Part shown: positions 42,013 to 51,309 of the stretch, piece after piece | Numbering within the stretch: the stretch's first letter is position 1 | Layout of the letters: every line of letters starts with the position of its first letter | From: a virus | Lineage: Duplodnaviria; Caudoviricetes | Length of the DNA stretch: 64,000 bases | Strand: one strand, 5' to 3' | IMG/VR virus record: IMGVR_UViG_3300042350_003801 | Translations under genes and position numbers: made by a program | The notes under the pieces: generated by a model | The model's database searches: none | What the model was told of the DNA's origin: nothing | Seen by the model: the letters and a program-made list of their open reading frames with translations, nothing else

Positions 42013-42480
42013 TCAATAACCGTACACAAAGTCTTCAGTCACATTAGGAATTGGAGTGCGGATTAGATACACTTCGCAATAATCAAATACCCGATAACGA
42101 TTGCTTCCGGCCCAAGTACCAAAGGTTTTATACACCCAATCGCAACTATAATCACTTGTTTTCCAATGCTCAATCGAATTTTCTACATCTTCGATTAATT
42201 GAGGTGAAGTTGGACGACACTTCCTATATGCATTGGTGATTGCAATCTTTTCTGCGCTCGGATATTTAAAAATATCCTCATTTCCATATTCATATGACTT
42301 GAAATAATTTAGAAAACAAAGATAAAAATGCACATCCTCTTTGGTTAGACCGGATATTATTTTAGTTTTGTAATTATCGCCATCGTTTTCCCACGATGTA
42401 ATACGAATCTGATAGCCAGAAGGAATGCTGTCCATTTGAGTAGTTTTTGATGTGATTGTATTATAGCCCGTTAAAGGCAT
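42013..42480 (-). CDS. Hypothetical protein (ITSWENDGDNY motif)
   Basis: ORF track. Confidence 0.7.
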   Translation of the reverse strand: MPLTGYNTITSKTTQMDSIPSGYQIRITSWENDGDNYKTKIISGLTKEDVHFYLCFLNYFKSYEYGNEDIFKYPSAEKIAITNAYRKCRPTSPQLIEDVENSIEHWKTSDYSCDWVYKTFGTWAGSNRYRVFDYCEVYLIRTPIPNVTEDFVYGY

Positions 42481-42522
42481 CTGTGAAGTTGCCTCAGTGC
42501 CAGTTTTTGAAGTGGCACATTT

Positions 42523-42795
42523 TCATTGGTGTTTGGCTCGTGTTGGAGTTGCATAAGCCCAGGCAATTACATCATCAATTACATAATTGTCTCTTCCAAA
42601 TTGTTTCCATTCATATGTTTGTTCTTCTTCATCGGTTTGCAGGTAACCATAGTAAATATCACCAGTCCTCGTCTTAATGAGAACTGGAATACTCCAAATA
42701 AAGCCGGGAACAAACTCGCCATCTGGAGGTTGATTATCCCCAGGCCAATCATACCAACCTATTGACATTGCCAAACTCCTTTGTGGTGAATACAA
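42523..42795 (-). CDS. Small hypothetical protein (DUF551-like pattern)
   Basis: W......PPDG....VLIKT..G.....V.AW pattern. Confidence 0.5.
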   Translation of the reverse strand: MYSPQRSLAMSIGWYDWPGDNQPPDGEFVPGFIWSIPVLIKTRTGDIYYGYLQTDEEEQTYEWKQFGRDNYVIDDVIAWAYATPTRAKHQ

Positions 42796-43172
42796 CTAAA
42801 CTTTGGTCCAGTTTTTAATGATGCAAACAATCCTTGATCATCATCTGCTGCTGCAACAATTTCCACGAATGCATCGCCTGCATATCTTTTTTCGGAAAGG
42901 GTTGTATTGGGGAAATCGCAATAACCATTTTCCCAATACTGACAAGATTCACAATATCTCTCCGATGGAGGAGTATACTCTTCAATTTTTACAATGTCCG
43001 TTGGGTAATCTTTAGTGCTAATCCATTTGCCAGCTTGAGTGTATTCTTGATCGTTTATTTGATAGGGAAATTCTTGAGATTCACTATATTTTACAGTTCC
43101 TACTTCAGTATCACCATAACGGGTTGTGATGGTTACAAACTTATCAACGTAGTCTGCAAGATTGATAGTCAT
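42759..43172 (-). CDS. Sm/SH3-like domain fused to a CxxC..W..C module
   Basis: MTINLADYVDKFVTITTRYGD..VGTV; CESCQYW...C...C. Confidence 0.6.
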   Translation of the reverse strand: MTINLADYVDKFVTITTRYGDTEVGTVKYSESQEFPYQINDQEYTQAGKWISTKDYPTDIVKIEEYTPPSERYCESCQYWENGYCDFPNTTLSEKRYAGDAFVEIVAAADDDQGLFASLKTGPKFSCIHHKGVWQCQ

Positions 43173-43210
43173 TGTTGGTCCGGTGGGGTTGACTTTAGAA
43201 TCTGGATCAT

Positions 43211-43648
43211 TCATGCCGACAGCCACCATTTGGGCTTTTCCGTTTTAATATCATACTTGCGAACAAATTCTACCAATCTCCGGTGTTCTTCATCGGACAC
43301 GGAAAGAGATTCGGGGCACAATTCTAGAGGGTCACAATCGTAATAAACACTCATTGTTTTCACCGCTAAAATAAAACGAGGATAATAACCTGTTCCATAG
43401 TTAATAACCCTAACAGGCACGGGATTAGTATTCAACCATACTTTTAGATTATCATACCAAACGGTGAAGTGTTCGTATGTAAATCCTTCTTTATATTTAC
43501 CCTGCTCATCGTAGGGAAATTCAGCGGGATTAACAAATCCGTTAACCTCTGCCCACCAAGATGAAATGTCACCAGAGGGATCGGGGCTCCAGGGAAATAC
43601 GAATCCATATTGAAACAAACAGCCGTAACTTAGATTAGCAGAAATCAT
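43211..43648 (-). CDS. Hypothetical protein
   Basis: ORF track. Confidence 0.7.
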   Translation of the reverse strand: MISANLSYGCLFQYGFVFPWSPDPSGDISSWWAEVNGFVNPAEFPYDEQGKYKEGFTYEHFTVWYDNLKVWLNTNPVPVRVINYGTGYYPRFILAVKTMSVYYDCDPLELCPESLSVSDEEHRRLVEFVRKYDIKTEKPKWWLSA

Positions 43649-43745
43649 TTTGCTTTGGGTGTGAGGATGACTTGTTGAGTCTATGGCGCCGATAGTGGTT
43701 TCAGGCTGCCGCTTGTGCCAGTTGCTAAACTGACCACTTAATAAA

Positions 43746-44225
43746 TTAAGAAAGTTTTATGCGCCCGATTGCATCGGCTAGCGGTGTTTTTGGTCTTTCG
43801 GGCATACCCCACTTTTTAATTTCTCTGTCAGCTTCTATAAGAATACAACGACTAGTATGCAAAGTTAGCTTGTCTCCTGCTGCCTCTAATAGTTCAATTG
43901 CATCTAAAGGAAACTCCTTGTTTCTGAATATCGCATCCCATTCTCGGTCGGGGATATAATCACCTCGGGCAATTCGTTCTCTACCAATAGTCCAGCAGAC
44001 AACACTAAGAACTCTAGGTGTAACAAATCGTCTATAGTATTGATTTAAGGGATGCTCAGAATTTAAAATTGATAAATCGGATTTTGGTTGAGCCAAATAG
44101 TCTTTGCGGGTGATTGATGTTTTCATTGGCTGTTGCGCGGTTGACTTTGTTAGTTTAGGCTGTGGGTTGGAGCAGTTGCGGGTTGCCAGTGCCAGTTGCT
44201 CAAGTGGCCAATACGGGATAATCAA
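43746..44225 (-). CDS. Hypothetical protein (true start probably MKTSITRK)
   Basis: ORF track; N-terminal part runs through a promoter. Confidence 0.55.
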   Translation of the reverse strand: MIIPYWPLEQLALATRNCSNPQPKLTKSTAQQPMKTSITRKDYLAQPKSDLSILNSEHPLNQYYRRFVTPRVLSVVCWTIGRERIARGDYIPDREWDAIFRNKEFPLDAIELLEAAGDKLTLHTSRCILIEADREIKKWGMPERPKTPLADAIGRIKLS

Positions 44226-44790
44226 TCGGTAGAGTAATCCTTGCGACTACCCTATGCACAGTTTCATCAATAGGTAGACTCTCGTGCAGGAATTGGCTGT
44301 TGCCATAATACAGCATATTGGGTTCCAACAAGAATCCTTCTCCAACTTCAATTTTCGAGCAGTCGCCGCCAATATAGGGACTGCCAGCAAAGATTCCATT
44401 CCATCCTTTACATGTGGGATAGGTTGAGGCAATCAACATTCCACCAGTTTCATTCTCATAAGAAAGTTTGTGATGTTCAGATGATATAATCCTACCACCT
44501 TCACCAACTTTCCAACCGCCACCCCAACTAAGGGTTTCTGGAATATAATTCCCATCAATATGCTTTCCACCGCGCCTATGAGTTTGACCTTTTTCTACAA
44601 TTTTACCATCTACAGTAAGATATGCAGTTCCTTGTTTGATTGGTAGAAACTCAATCATTTTTGCAACCATTGAATTAAACGGTTGTGAAATTTCTGATAA
44701 GGTTTCAAGACTAAATGGGAGCATTTTGATTTCCCCACTATAGTTTGGAATTTGAATTTCGTAGAGCTTTTGTGAAATTGAAGTGATCAT
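44200..44790 (-). CDS. Putative 2OG-Fe(II) dioxygenase-fold protein
   Basis: RRGGKHIDG (HxD), distal LHESLP, R..ARIT final strand. Confidence 0.6.
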   Translation of the reverse strand: MITSISQKLYEIQIPNYSGEIKMLPFSLETLSEISQPFNSMVAKMIEFLPIKQGTAYLTVDGKIVEKGQTHRRGGKHIDGNYIPETLSWGGGWKVGEGGRIISSEHHKLSYENETGGMLIASTYPTCKGWNGIFAGSPYIGGDCSKIEVGEGFLLEPNMLYYGNSQFLHESLPIDETVHRVVARITLPIDYPVLAT

Positions 44791-45143
44791 TTTGATTCCT
44801 TTGTTTTAATTACGGAGATGGTTGATGGTGTTGGAGTAGTTGTGGGTTTCTTGTGCGAAAAGAAATTAGTGAACTTCGGCAGATGTGTAGGATTCTTAAT
44901 ATCTGCAATTAACTCACAGGTTGCCTCCCATGCGAGAATCATAATATTACCATAAAGGTTAGTAAATTCCTTACATTCATCTTCGGTTATATCATCTAAC
45001 CGCATCCAAAAGTCTAGGACTGCCTGAAAGTTCGGTCCTAGAAAAATCTGTGGATTTTTTAGGGCTTCAGGGTTTTGAAGGCTACTTGCAAGACTTCGAT
45101 GGTAGTTGGAATAGCTCATAGGAACAAATGAGATGGTTAACAA
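44787..45143 (-). CDS. GPNY/NFW family member 3 (short, array region absent)
   Basis: SLQNPEALKNPQIFLGPNFQAVLDFW...AWEATCELI. Confidence 0.75.
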   Translation of the reverse strand: MLTISFVPMSYSNYHRSLASSLQNPEALKNPQIFLGPNFQAVLDFWMRLDDITEDECKEFTNLYGNIMILAWEATCELIADIKNPTHLPKFTNFFSHKKPTTTPTPSTISVIKTKESK

Positions 45144-45240
45144 TTAAATGGGGGGGGGTGTCAAATAAAGAATAGCAGGCCAGACAGAATTTGTCAAGCC
45201 TGCAATGATAAGCAGTTCTTATGCTCGCTCAGAATTTAAA

Positions 45241-45711
45241 TCAATCAAAAACTGGGCCAGCAACATCAAAAGTAACCCGGATTCTATTGTGATTAGCAAC
45301 ACTAGCAGCCTCACCAAGAGCTGCACTCACATAAACCCAAAGAGATTCTTTCAGTCTTTCTGGTAGAGTAATGTAAACACTCAAACCTTCACCAAAGAAA
45401 GTGAGGAGAGCCTTGGGATCATTGCGGCTATTGTCCGCATTTTGCCAAAGTTCAATGATCCTCTCCATCTTTTCTTTGGTAGCAGAATCACTAGAAAGAT
45501 CCTTTTGAATGGAAACGGCAACGTGGGCAGGGTGAATCCAATTAGTCATTTTGCTTTTGAGTAGGTGGGGTTGACTTTGATAGTTTAGGCTATGGGTTGG
45601 TCGGTTTGTATGGTGGTGTGCCAGTTGTTCAGGTGTCCTTGTTGAATGGAGAAATAGCCAGAAAATATAACGAATCAAGCAACTCGCTAAGATAACTGAT
45701 TCTTGAATCAA
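45241..45711 (-). CDS. Hypothetical protein (true start probably MTNWIHP)
   Basis: ORF track. Confidence 0.55.
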   Translation of the reverse strand: MIQESVILASCLIRYIFWLFLHSTRTPEQLAHHHTNRPTHSLNYQSQPHLLKSKMTNWIHPAHVAVSIQKDLSSDSATKEKMERIIELWQNADNSRNDPKALLTFFGEGLSVYITLPERLKESLWVYVSAALGEAASVANHNRIRVTFDVAGPVFD

Positions 45712-45851
45712 GAAACATAAAAACCAATGCTCCAGTGGTAAAAACGACTCACAGTAAACTGAGACTAATTAAAATGATAGCAAATGGAAGACCAATAAGA
45801 ATATGGATTATCTTTGTCTTAAGTGAAAGTTTAGATGGTTTCATTTGCTTA

Positions 45852-46067
45852 TTAGTTTTTTGTTTTAGCGCCAACTGAACCGCGAAGTGCTGCAATAAGT
45901 GCTGGCACATATGAAATATCAATAGAAACTACTTGTTCAGATTCATAATCATCAGGAGTTCCCAGCCAAATCTCTACAATATGCCCTTCGGTTTGTCTAG
46001 AAATAAAGGGATTAGTTTTTTGTTTGGACATTTCAATCTCTCCCTTTGACCAGAAACATTCGGTCAA
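45852..46067 (-). CDS. Hypothetical protein
   Basis: ORF track. Confidence 0.55.
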   Translation of the reverse strand: MTECFWSKGEIEMSKQKTNPFISRQTEGHIVEIWLGTPDDYESEQVVSIDISYVPALIAALRGSVGAKTKN

Positions 46068-46701
46068 AAATCATAAATGGCAATTCACCATTTTCGGAGC
46101 CAAGATTCTTCTCTACAAACTCAATAATAAGAGCCTGCATCACCTCGGCATACCTTTCGTGGGATTCAATATACTTAATTGCTTCTGGTACGAGTGCAGT
46201 TGCAATAGCATCAAGAGTTTTAGACTCTAGAGCATTAAGAGTAATTTGTTTTGGTTCAGGATCTACGAGTTCAATTTTTACAATATCAAAATGACTATTA
46301 TTCCAATAACTAGTGCCATTTCTAAAGTAAGAGTAGAGACAATAGCCAAAATAAAAGTTGTAGTAATTTCCCCTAAGTTGTAACCTGCCAGTTTGTGTTC
46401 TGTCATTCTTAAGAATGACTTTCACATCTTTGTCAACATATTGCGAAAGATCAATATTCATTGGTTGTTCAGGGGTTGAGAGTTTAATTTCTTTAATGTC
46501 TGAGATGGTTTCAACATGAGAATGGCGACCGTATTGCCAGTTCACAGAAAAATAACCTTCTTTTGTGTATGTGGCCCCCGCTACAGCGTATGGATATACG
46601 TCGCTTTTGTTAGCTTTTACTTTAACCGAAAGATGGGTTTGTTCGTTGTTTAGAGTAACATCAACGGTTTTTCCGACAAATTGTGAAAGATCAATGGTCA
46701 T
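46033..46701 (-). CDS. Protein with two tandem Sm/SH3-like domains
   Basis: IDLSQFVGKTVDVTLNN... and IDLSQYVDKDVKVILKND...DIVKIE. Confidence 0.65.
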   Translation of the reverse strand: MTIDLSQFVGKTVDVTLNNEQTHLSVKVKANKSDVYPYAVAGATYTKEGYFSVNWQYGRHSHVETISDIKEIKLSTPEQPMNIDLSQYVDKDVKVILKNDRTQTGRLQLRGNYYNFYFGYCLYSYFRNGTSYWNNSHFDIVKIELVDPEPKQITLNALESKTLDAIATALVPEAIKYIESHERYAEVMQALIIEFVEKNLGSENGELPFMIFDRMFLVKGRD

Positions 46702-46740
46702 TTGTTAATCCAGGATTTACTATTAAATGGTAGCAGGATT

Positions 46741-47154
46741 TTAGAATGGTTGGAGAGCCGGTGTGCCGGTTTCACCAATGGCACAATCAAAAAGTGGAAG
46801 CACGACAATATGCTCACCGTCTTCAATAAGTTTGTGCATACAAATCAGTTCGTGAGTTGCCCAGGCTATTGCTAATCTCCCCGTGTGACTTAAATTTTCA
46901 GGTGCAGCAAAAACATCTTCCCAAATATCAGCCTCATTCTCATTCGTTAAAACTTTATTGGTATATTCAATAAGGCGAATTGCATAATTGTTATTAGTAC
47001 CTTCAAATTCTACATATCTTCTTTCAATAAGTTTTTCTTCTTCTGAACTAAGATCCGTTACAAATGACCAAAAATTAAAAACCGCCTCATAATTTGGGCC
47101 AAGTTTTTCTTCTGGGCTATCGATATAGTTTTGCTGAAGTTGGAACAATGTCAT
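46741..47154 (-). CDS. GPNY/NFW family member 4
   Basis: PEEKLGPNYEAVFNFW...WATHELICMHKLIEDG...LPLF. Confidence 0.75.
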   Translation of the reverse strand: MTLFQLQQNYIDSPEEKLGPNYEAVFNFWSFVTDLSSEEEKLIERRYVEFEGTNNNYAIRLIEYTNKVLTNENEADIWEDVFAAPENLSHTGRLAIAWATHELICMHKLIEDGEHIVVLPLFDCAIGETGTPALQPF

Positions 47155-47393
47155 TTTTTAATAGGGACAGAAGTAAAGGCAATATAGGGGCAAAAGTTGC
47201 CCCCGTTGTGCCAGTTGTTTATGTGGCACCCTGCATCGTTTCACCTATTCATCGGCGATTGATAAAAAGAACGAAACACTGTAACCAAAATAATGGCCGT
47301 GCTAATGATTCCAATAAATCCGAGAACGGTGATATAATCGCCGGAAAAATTAAGAGTGTCGGGCATAGTAATTAAGAGCGAGGGAGTAGCTGG

Positions 47394-47828
47394 TTAGGTT
47401 TTATCCAAACCAGAAAATAGAGGAACAAACAATAAATCCTTACCATCGTCCAAAAGCGTGTGCATACCAATTAGTTCATAAGTGGCATCCCAGGCGGCAT
47501 CCCAGGCGGCATTCCAGGCGGCATACCCGGCGGCATACCCGGCGGCAGACCCGGCGGCATTCCTGGCGGCAGACCCGGCGGCATTCCTGGCGGCATTCCT
47601 GGCGGCAGACCCGGCGGCATTCCTGGCGGCATAGTCTAGGGCATCATAACGGCGGGCAACTTCATTCCATTGGTTCTTGGTAAGACCGTCCATAAACCAC
47701 CAGAAGTTAATGACGGTTTCGTAGTTTGGTCCTAGAAAATTCTGTGGATTTGTTAGGGCTTCAGGGTTTTGAAGGCCGTTGGAGAAGTTTTGATGGGCTT
47801 TGGAGTAGTTCATTCTTTTAAAATGCAA
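47394..47828 (-). CDS. GPNY/NFW family member 5 with a 12-unit xxAA array
   Basis: Conserved flanks plus tandem 12-nt units. Confidence 0.8.
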   Translation of the reverse strand: MHFKRMNYSKAHQNFSNGLQNPEALTNPQNFLGPNYETVINFWWFMDGLTKNQWNEVARRYDALDYAARNAAGSAARNAARNAAGSAARNAAGSAAGYAAGYAAWNAAWDAAWDATYELIGMHTLLDDGKDLLFVPLFSGLDKT

Positions 47829-48022
47829 ACTTTGGCATCTTTAATAGCCTCTTTTTTAGTTGCAAATGGGCCATTAAAGTCTTCATAGTAATAACCCGGA
47901 GTTACTAATCTGTCACCAGAGGTTTCCCTCAACCCGTGGACTGTATTGTAATTGTCGCACTGATCTTGATTAAAGAAAAATACTTCAATTCTACAATCTG
48001 GTGCAATGTTAATGAATGGCAA
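47810..48022 (-). CDS. Hypothetical protein (GYYY....GPF.T..EA motif)
   Basis: ORF track. Confidence 0.6.
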   Translation of the reverse strand: MPFINIAPDCRIEVFFFNQDQCDNYNTVHGLRETSGDRLVTPGYYYEDFNGPFATKKEAIKDAKVCILKE

Positions 48023-48220
48023 GGCTTTTGGGCGAACAACGGTAGTATGGCCGGTTAAATGGTCGGTTGGTTGGTCAACGTGCCAGTTCTCAGATTGGTT
48101 TTTAAATGGTGTCTGATAAACTGAAGAGGCTAGAGGCTCCTTCTAGGGGCTTCTAGGTGCCTCTGGCGGCCAAAAAAGAAAGGGAACCATTGCGGTTCCC
48201 CGTTTACATCATCAATCGCC

Positions 48221-48520
48221 TCACCAATCGTCTTCCTCCTCGTCCTCATGTTCATCTTCATCTTCTTCATCCTCATCTTCATCCATACCTAAACCATAAT
48301 AATAGGCATCAGTAATAGCGTGGATAAGGCCATCAAAATCTTGTGAGGGCTGAAACCTCGGAATAAATTGATTCACAATTTTTTCACCATAGTCTAAGCG
48401 AAGAAGACTAAGGTATTGTTCACGACTTGAGTAGCCGTTTTCAGTGTAGATGCACATTTGATTAGCCGTGTGAAACGTTAAAACGGAGGTCAACAAAAGG
48501 CTGGACTTGATGAACTTCAA
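48221..48520 (-). CDS. Hypothetical protein (Y..NGY.SR..YL..L..DYG...DFDGL) with an acidic tail
   Basis: ORF track; start uncertain. Confidence 0.6.
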   Translation of the reverse strand: MKFIKSSLLLTSVLTFHTANQMCIYTENGYSSREQYLSLLRLDYGEKIVNQFIPRFQPSQDFDGLIHAITDAYYYGLGMDEDEDEEDEDEHEDEEEDDW

Positions 48521-48829
48521 GAATGACGATTTCTCGTTCTTCTTGATTATTCCAAACCCAGCGAGATTCGCGGGTCTGAAGATCCCGTTCAGGAGAAAGA
48601 GTGAACATCAGTAGTTGCTCCAATCGTTAGGTGTAAAAGACTGCATCACATCATAGTGATTGTCGTTTTCGGCAATAGGCATTTTGTCCTGATTACGTTT
48701 GGTTCGGTGATCTTGTTTGCGTTCAAATTGTCGTTGGTCTTTGTAGGTTCTGCTCATAAGCGGTTCCTTTGTTGACTTTGTTAGTTTAGGCTATTGGTTG
48801 GAGCAGTGAAGGGGCTAGTGTGCCAGTTG

Positions 48830-49594
48830 TTAAAGTGTCACAACAAATGTTCCATGAGAATCATCTTTTGCGTTCTTCTTGAGAAAGGGAGCAATCCCCA
48901 GCCAATCGTTATGTTTTTCTCTGTTGAACAGATAAAGATAACTGCTGATGTGCTCAGGAATCCTACAAGAGAAAAATTTATCAGTTTTCACCAATTTATA
49001 GATTTTTGCATAGGTTTCTTGGTCGGGGCGAATGATAATGTCACTGATACATTTATCATAACCATCGTGACAATTATAATAAGGAATATCCTCAATCTTC
49101 AGATCTTCTTTATTAAGAACCCAAGGATGTCCCTTAAGATACTCTAAAAGTTCGGGGAGATTGCAGTGTTTGTTACTGAAGGGGGAGCCAATGTAATCAA
49201 ACCCACGCGGAATAGTATATGGAACAGCATTTGAATTAAAAATCATATGACCAGAACTATAAAACCAAATAAGATTCTTTTCAGAAATGTTACCTTCAAG
49301 AATCTCTTCATCACTCATTTCGTGATATTCATGGTTCCAGAACGGATTATTAGTTTTAATGTATTCAAAGAATGAGTCCCTAACTAATGCCGGTCTGCAT
49401 TGTCTAAGAACTTTCAGATTTTTATCTTTGACTGCATTGATAACTTCAACTACTACGGAAGTCTTACCCGATGGCTCCACCGTGGAAGTCATCACTTTAA
49501 GATAAGCAAGACTCGTATCCACACCCGGAATAATGTAATCTATGGTCGCCGTAGATGTTTCGTGGCGAGTGATTTCAAATGATGCGAGTTCCAT
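48830..49594 (-). CDS. Hypothetical protein
   Basis: ORF track. Confidence 0.7.
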   Translation of the reverse strand: MELASFEITRHETSTATIDYIIPGVDTSLAYLKVMTSTVEPSGKTSVVVEVINAVKDKNLKVLRQCRPALVRDSFFEYIKTNNPFWNHEYHEMSDEEILEGNISEKNLIWFYSSGHMIFNSNAVPYTIPRGFDYIGSPFSNKHCNLPELLEYLKGHPWVLNKEDLKIEDIPYYNCHDGYDKCISDIIIRPDQETYAKIYKLVKTDKFFSCRIPEHISSYLYLFNREKHNDWLGIAPFLKKNAKDDSHGTFVVTL

Positions 49595-49697
49595 AGTTCT
49601 GTTATTAGTCGTTTTGTTGTGGTAAGTGGGTTGAACGTGTTAATGCTAACCCGAATTTGCGGCAAAGTTGGCGGGAAATGTGCCAGTTGTTAAAGTG

Positions 49698-49889
49698 TCA
49701 CTCCTCTACAACAATACATCTTCTACATTCTACATAAGAATCATCTTCATAAAATGTGTAGGCAGGAGTATTAAGAATGGGATGATTGATTAAACCTTTA
49801 ACTGCGTTAATCATTAGCCCAGACTTGAATGGCTTCTTTTTCTTGCGCACTTTCATTGTACTGTTGGGTAGCGGGGAATGTATTTGCAC
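49698..49889 (-). CDS. Hypothetical protein (KPFKSG..IN.VKG.I.HP)
   Basis: ORF track. Confidence 0.55.
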   Translation of the reverse strand: MQIHSPLPNSTMKVRKKKKPFKSGLMINAVKGLINHPILNTPAYTFYEDDSYVECRRCIVVEE

Positions 49890-50245
49890 AATGGGGGGTA
49901 TTGACCCATATAAAGATGTTCATTAATAACGTAGTAAATATCGCTCATTTCATACCTAAAATCATATGAGAGTTCATTTAAAGACGCTTCATACTTTAGG
50001 TATTCTTCATCCAAATCGTATCCGCTTTTCAGCCAGTTGAGAAGGGCTCTATCAATAGCATAGGGATATCTACCTTGTGGTTCACGAAAATAAAAATGCC
50101 CCGTTACACGTTCAAACTTACTAAAAACCAAATCATATTTATCGCAGAATGGATGAATTACCTCGCGGGCATATTCATTTGCCAAAACTGCAAGTTTTGA
50201 TTCAGCTTCTCTAATAATCAGTTCGGCTTGTTCGGTGATGTTCAT
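49853..50245 (-). CDS. Hypothetical protein
   Basis: ORF track. Confidence 0.65.
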   Translation of the reverse strand: MNITEQAELIIREAESKLAVLANEYAREVIHPFCDKYDLVFSKFERVTGHFYFREPQGRYPYAIDRALLNWLKSGYDLDEEYLKYEASLNELSYDFRYEMSDIYYVINEHLYMGQYPPLCKYIPRYPTVQ

Positions 50246-50257
50246 TGGTTATGTGGA

Positions 50258-50890
50258 TTACGTTGTGATCATAGCAGGAGCAACCTGTACTGAACTAGAC
50301 GCTGTGCCAGTTTCAAAATCGTCCTTTAGAATGAACAGAGAATTTAAATTAAAGAATACTCCAGGTTTTTCTGCAACTGTTGCAGAAATTTTCTTAGTTT
50401 GCGGATTAATTGTAATATCTGAAACTGTTCCAAACATATAAACTTTCTTACTTTTTCCATTTTTTCCAGTAGGTTTGCGTTTCCAAACTTGCTTACCGAT
50501 TAGTGGAGTTAAATCTTCAAGCAATGAGCATTTGTAATAGCCATTTGGAATAAAATCGCCTCCACTATAAGGTTTTGTCCCATTTCCTTTCTTAAAGTTG
50601 CAACCGGCACACATTGGTTGCAGATTGTCTAAATCATCACTTCCGCCAAGCGACTTGGGAATAATATGGTCAACGGTAAGTGGATATAAATCATCGGTGT
50701 AAATATCCCAATGATTTCCCCCTCTACCTTCACCTTGAATCAAACGGGTGCCAATCTTACCACAAGTTACACAAGTGGTTCCCTTGTGGTAAAATACTCT
50801 AAGGCGAGGGTGACTTGAAAATGTCTTAAGGTCTGCAAGAAGTCTTTCTTTAAGAATTTTGTAATGAAAGACTTTGGTTGTGGTAATCAT
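50258..50890 (-). CDS. HNH endonuclease
   Basis: CVTCG...TVDHIIPKSLGGSDDLDNLQPMCAGCNFKKG. Confidence 0.9.
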   Translation of the reverse strand: MITTTKVFHYKILKERLLADLKTFSSHPRLRVFYHKGTTCVTCGKIGTRLIQGEGRGGNHWDIYTDDLYPLTVDHIIPKSLGGSDDLDNLQPMCAGCNFKKGNGTKPYSGGDFIPNGYYKCSLLEDLTPLIGKQVWKRKPTGKNGKSKKVYMFGTVSDITINPQTKKISATVAEKPGVFFNLNSLFILKDDFETGTASSSVQVAPAMITT

Positions 50891-50902
50891 CTCAAATTTG
50901 AT

Positions 50903-51257
50903 TCACGCTATAAGCGTAGCAGAAGCATCCTGGGCTGAACTAGTCGTTGTGCCAGTTTTAAAATCGTCCTTTCCCCAATCTGGGTCGTTAATAAAATTGT
51001 CAGACGGATTCCAAATATGAAGACTTTTCTTCATTTTACCAAGTCTAGACATACTTGTTAATCCGTGTGGGATAGGCTTATCCCATCCATTTTTCTTTGC
51101 CTGGCCAACAGAAGGAAATAGGCCAATTTCTACAGCAATGTTTGCCATAGTCCAATGTTGTTGGAGTTCAATAGAAACTTCCGGTTCAAAATCGCACCAG
51201 TCAGATTCAGGTAAATCAAAGACTCCCTTTTTTTACAAAGTTAAATTCTAATGTCAT
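50903..51257 (-). pseudogene. Small gene with a +1 frameshift in an A7 run
   Basis: ATG at 51257 hits TGA after MTLEFNFVKKGSL; the +1 frame reads GVFDLPESDW... straight into the tracked ORF MANIAVEIGLFPSVGQAKKNGW. Confidence 0.55.
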
Positions 51258-51309
51258 TGTTCTAAGAAAAAGTGGTCCCCCAAGATGAAACATCTCGGGA
51301 ACCGTGTAC

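Noticed and set aside
31603-45711. Long N-terminal extensions on several tracked ORFs (31603, 33007, 34029, 36678, 37572, 43746, 45241)
   Set aside because: The extensions run through the promoter palindrome and -10 box (giving NWHT/TGTP peptides), so true starts are downstream
30411-48170. GGCTTCT(A/G)GGTGCCTCTG motif (about 30411 inverted, 35530, 48145) as a separate element
   Set aside because: Only three short copies next to promoters or terminators; most simply part of the shuffled regulatory cassettes
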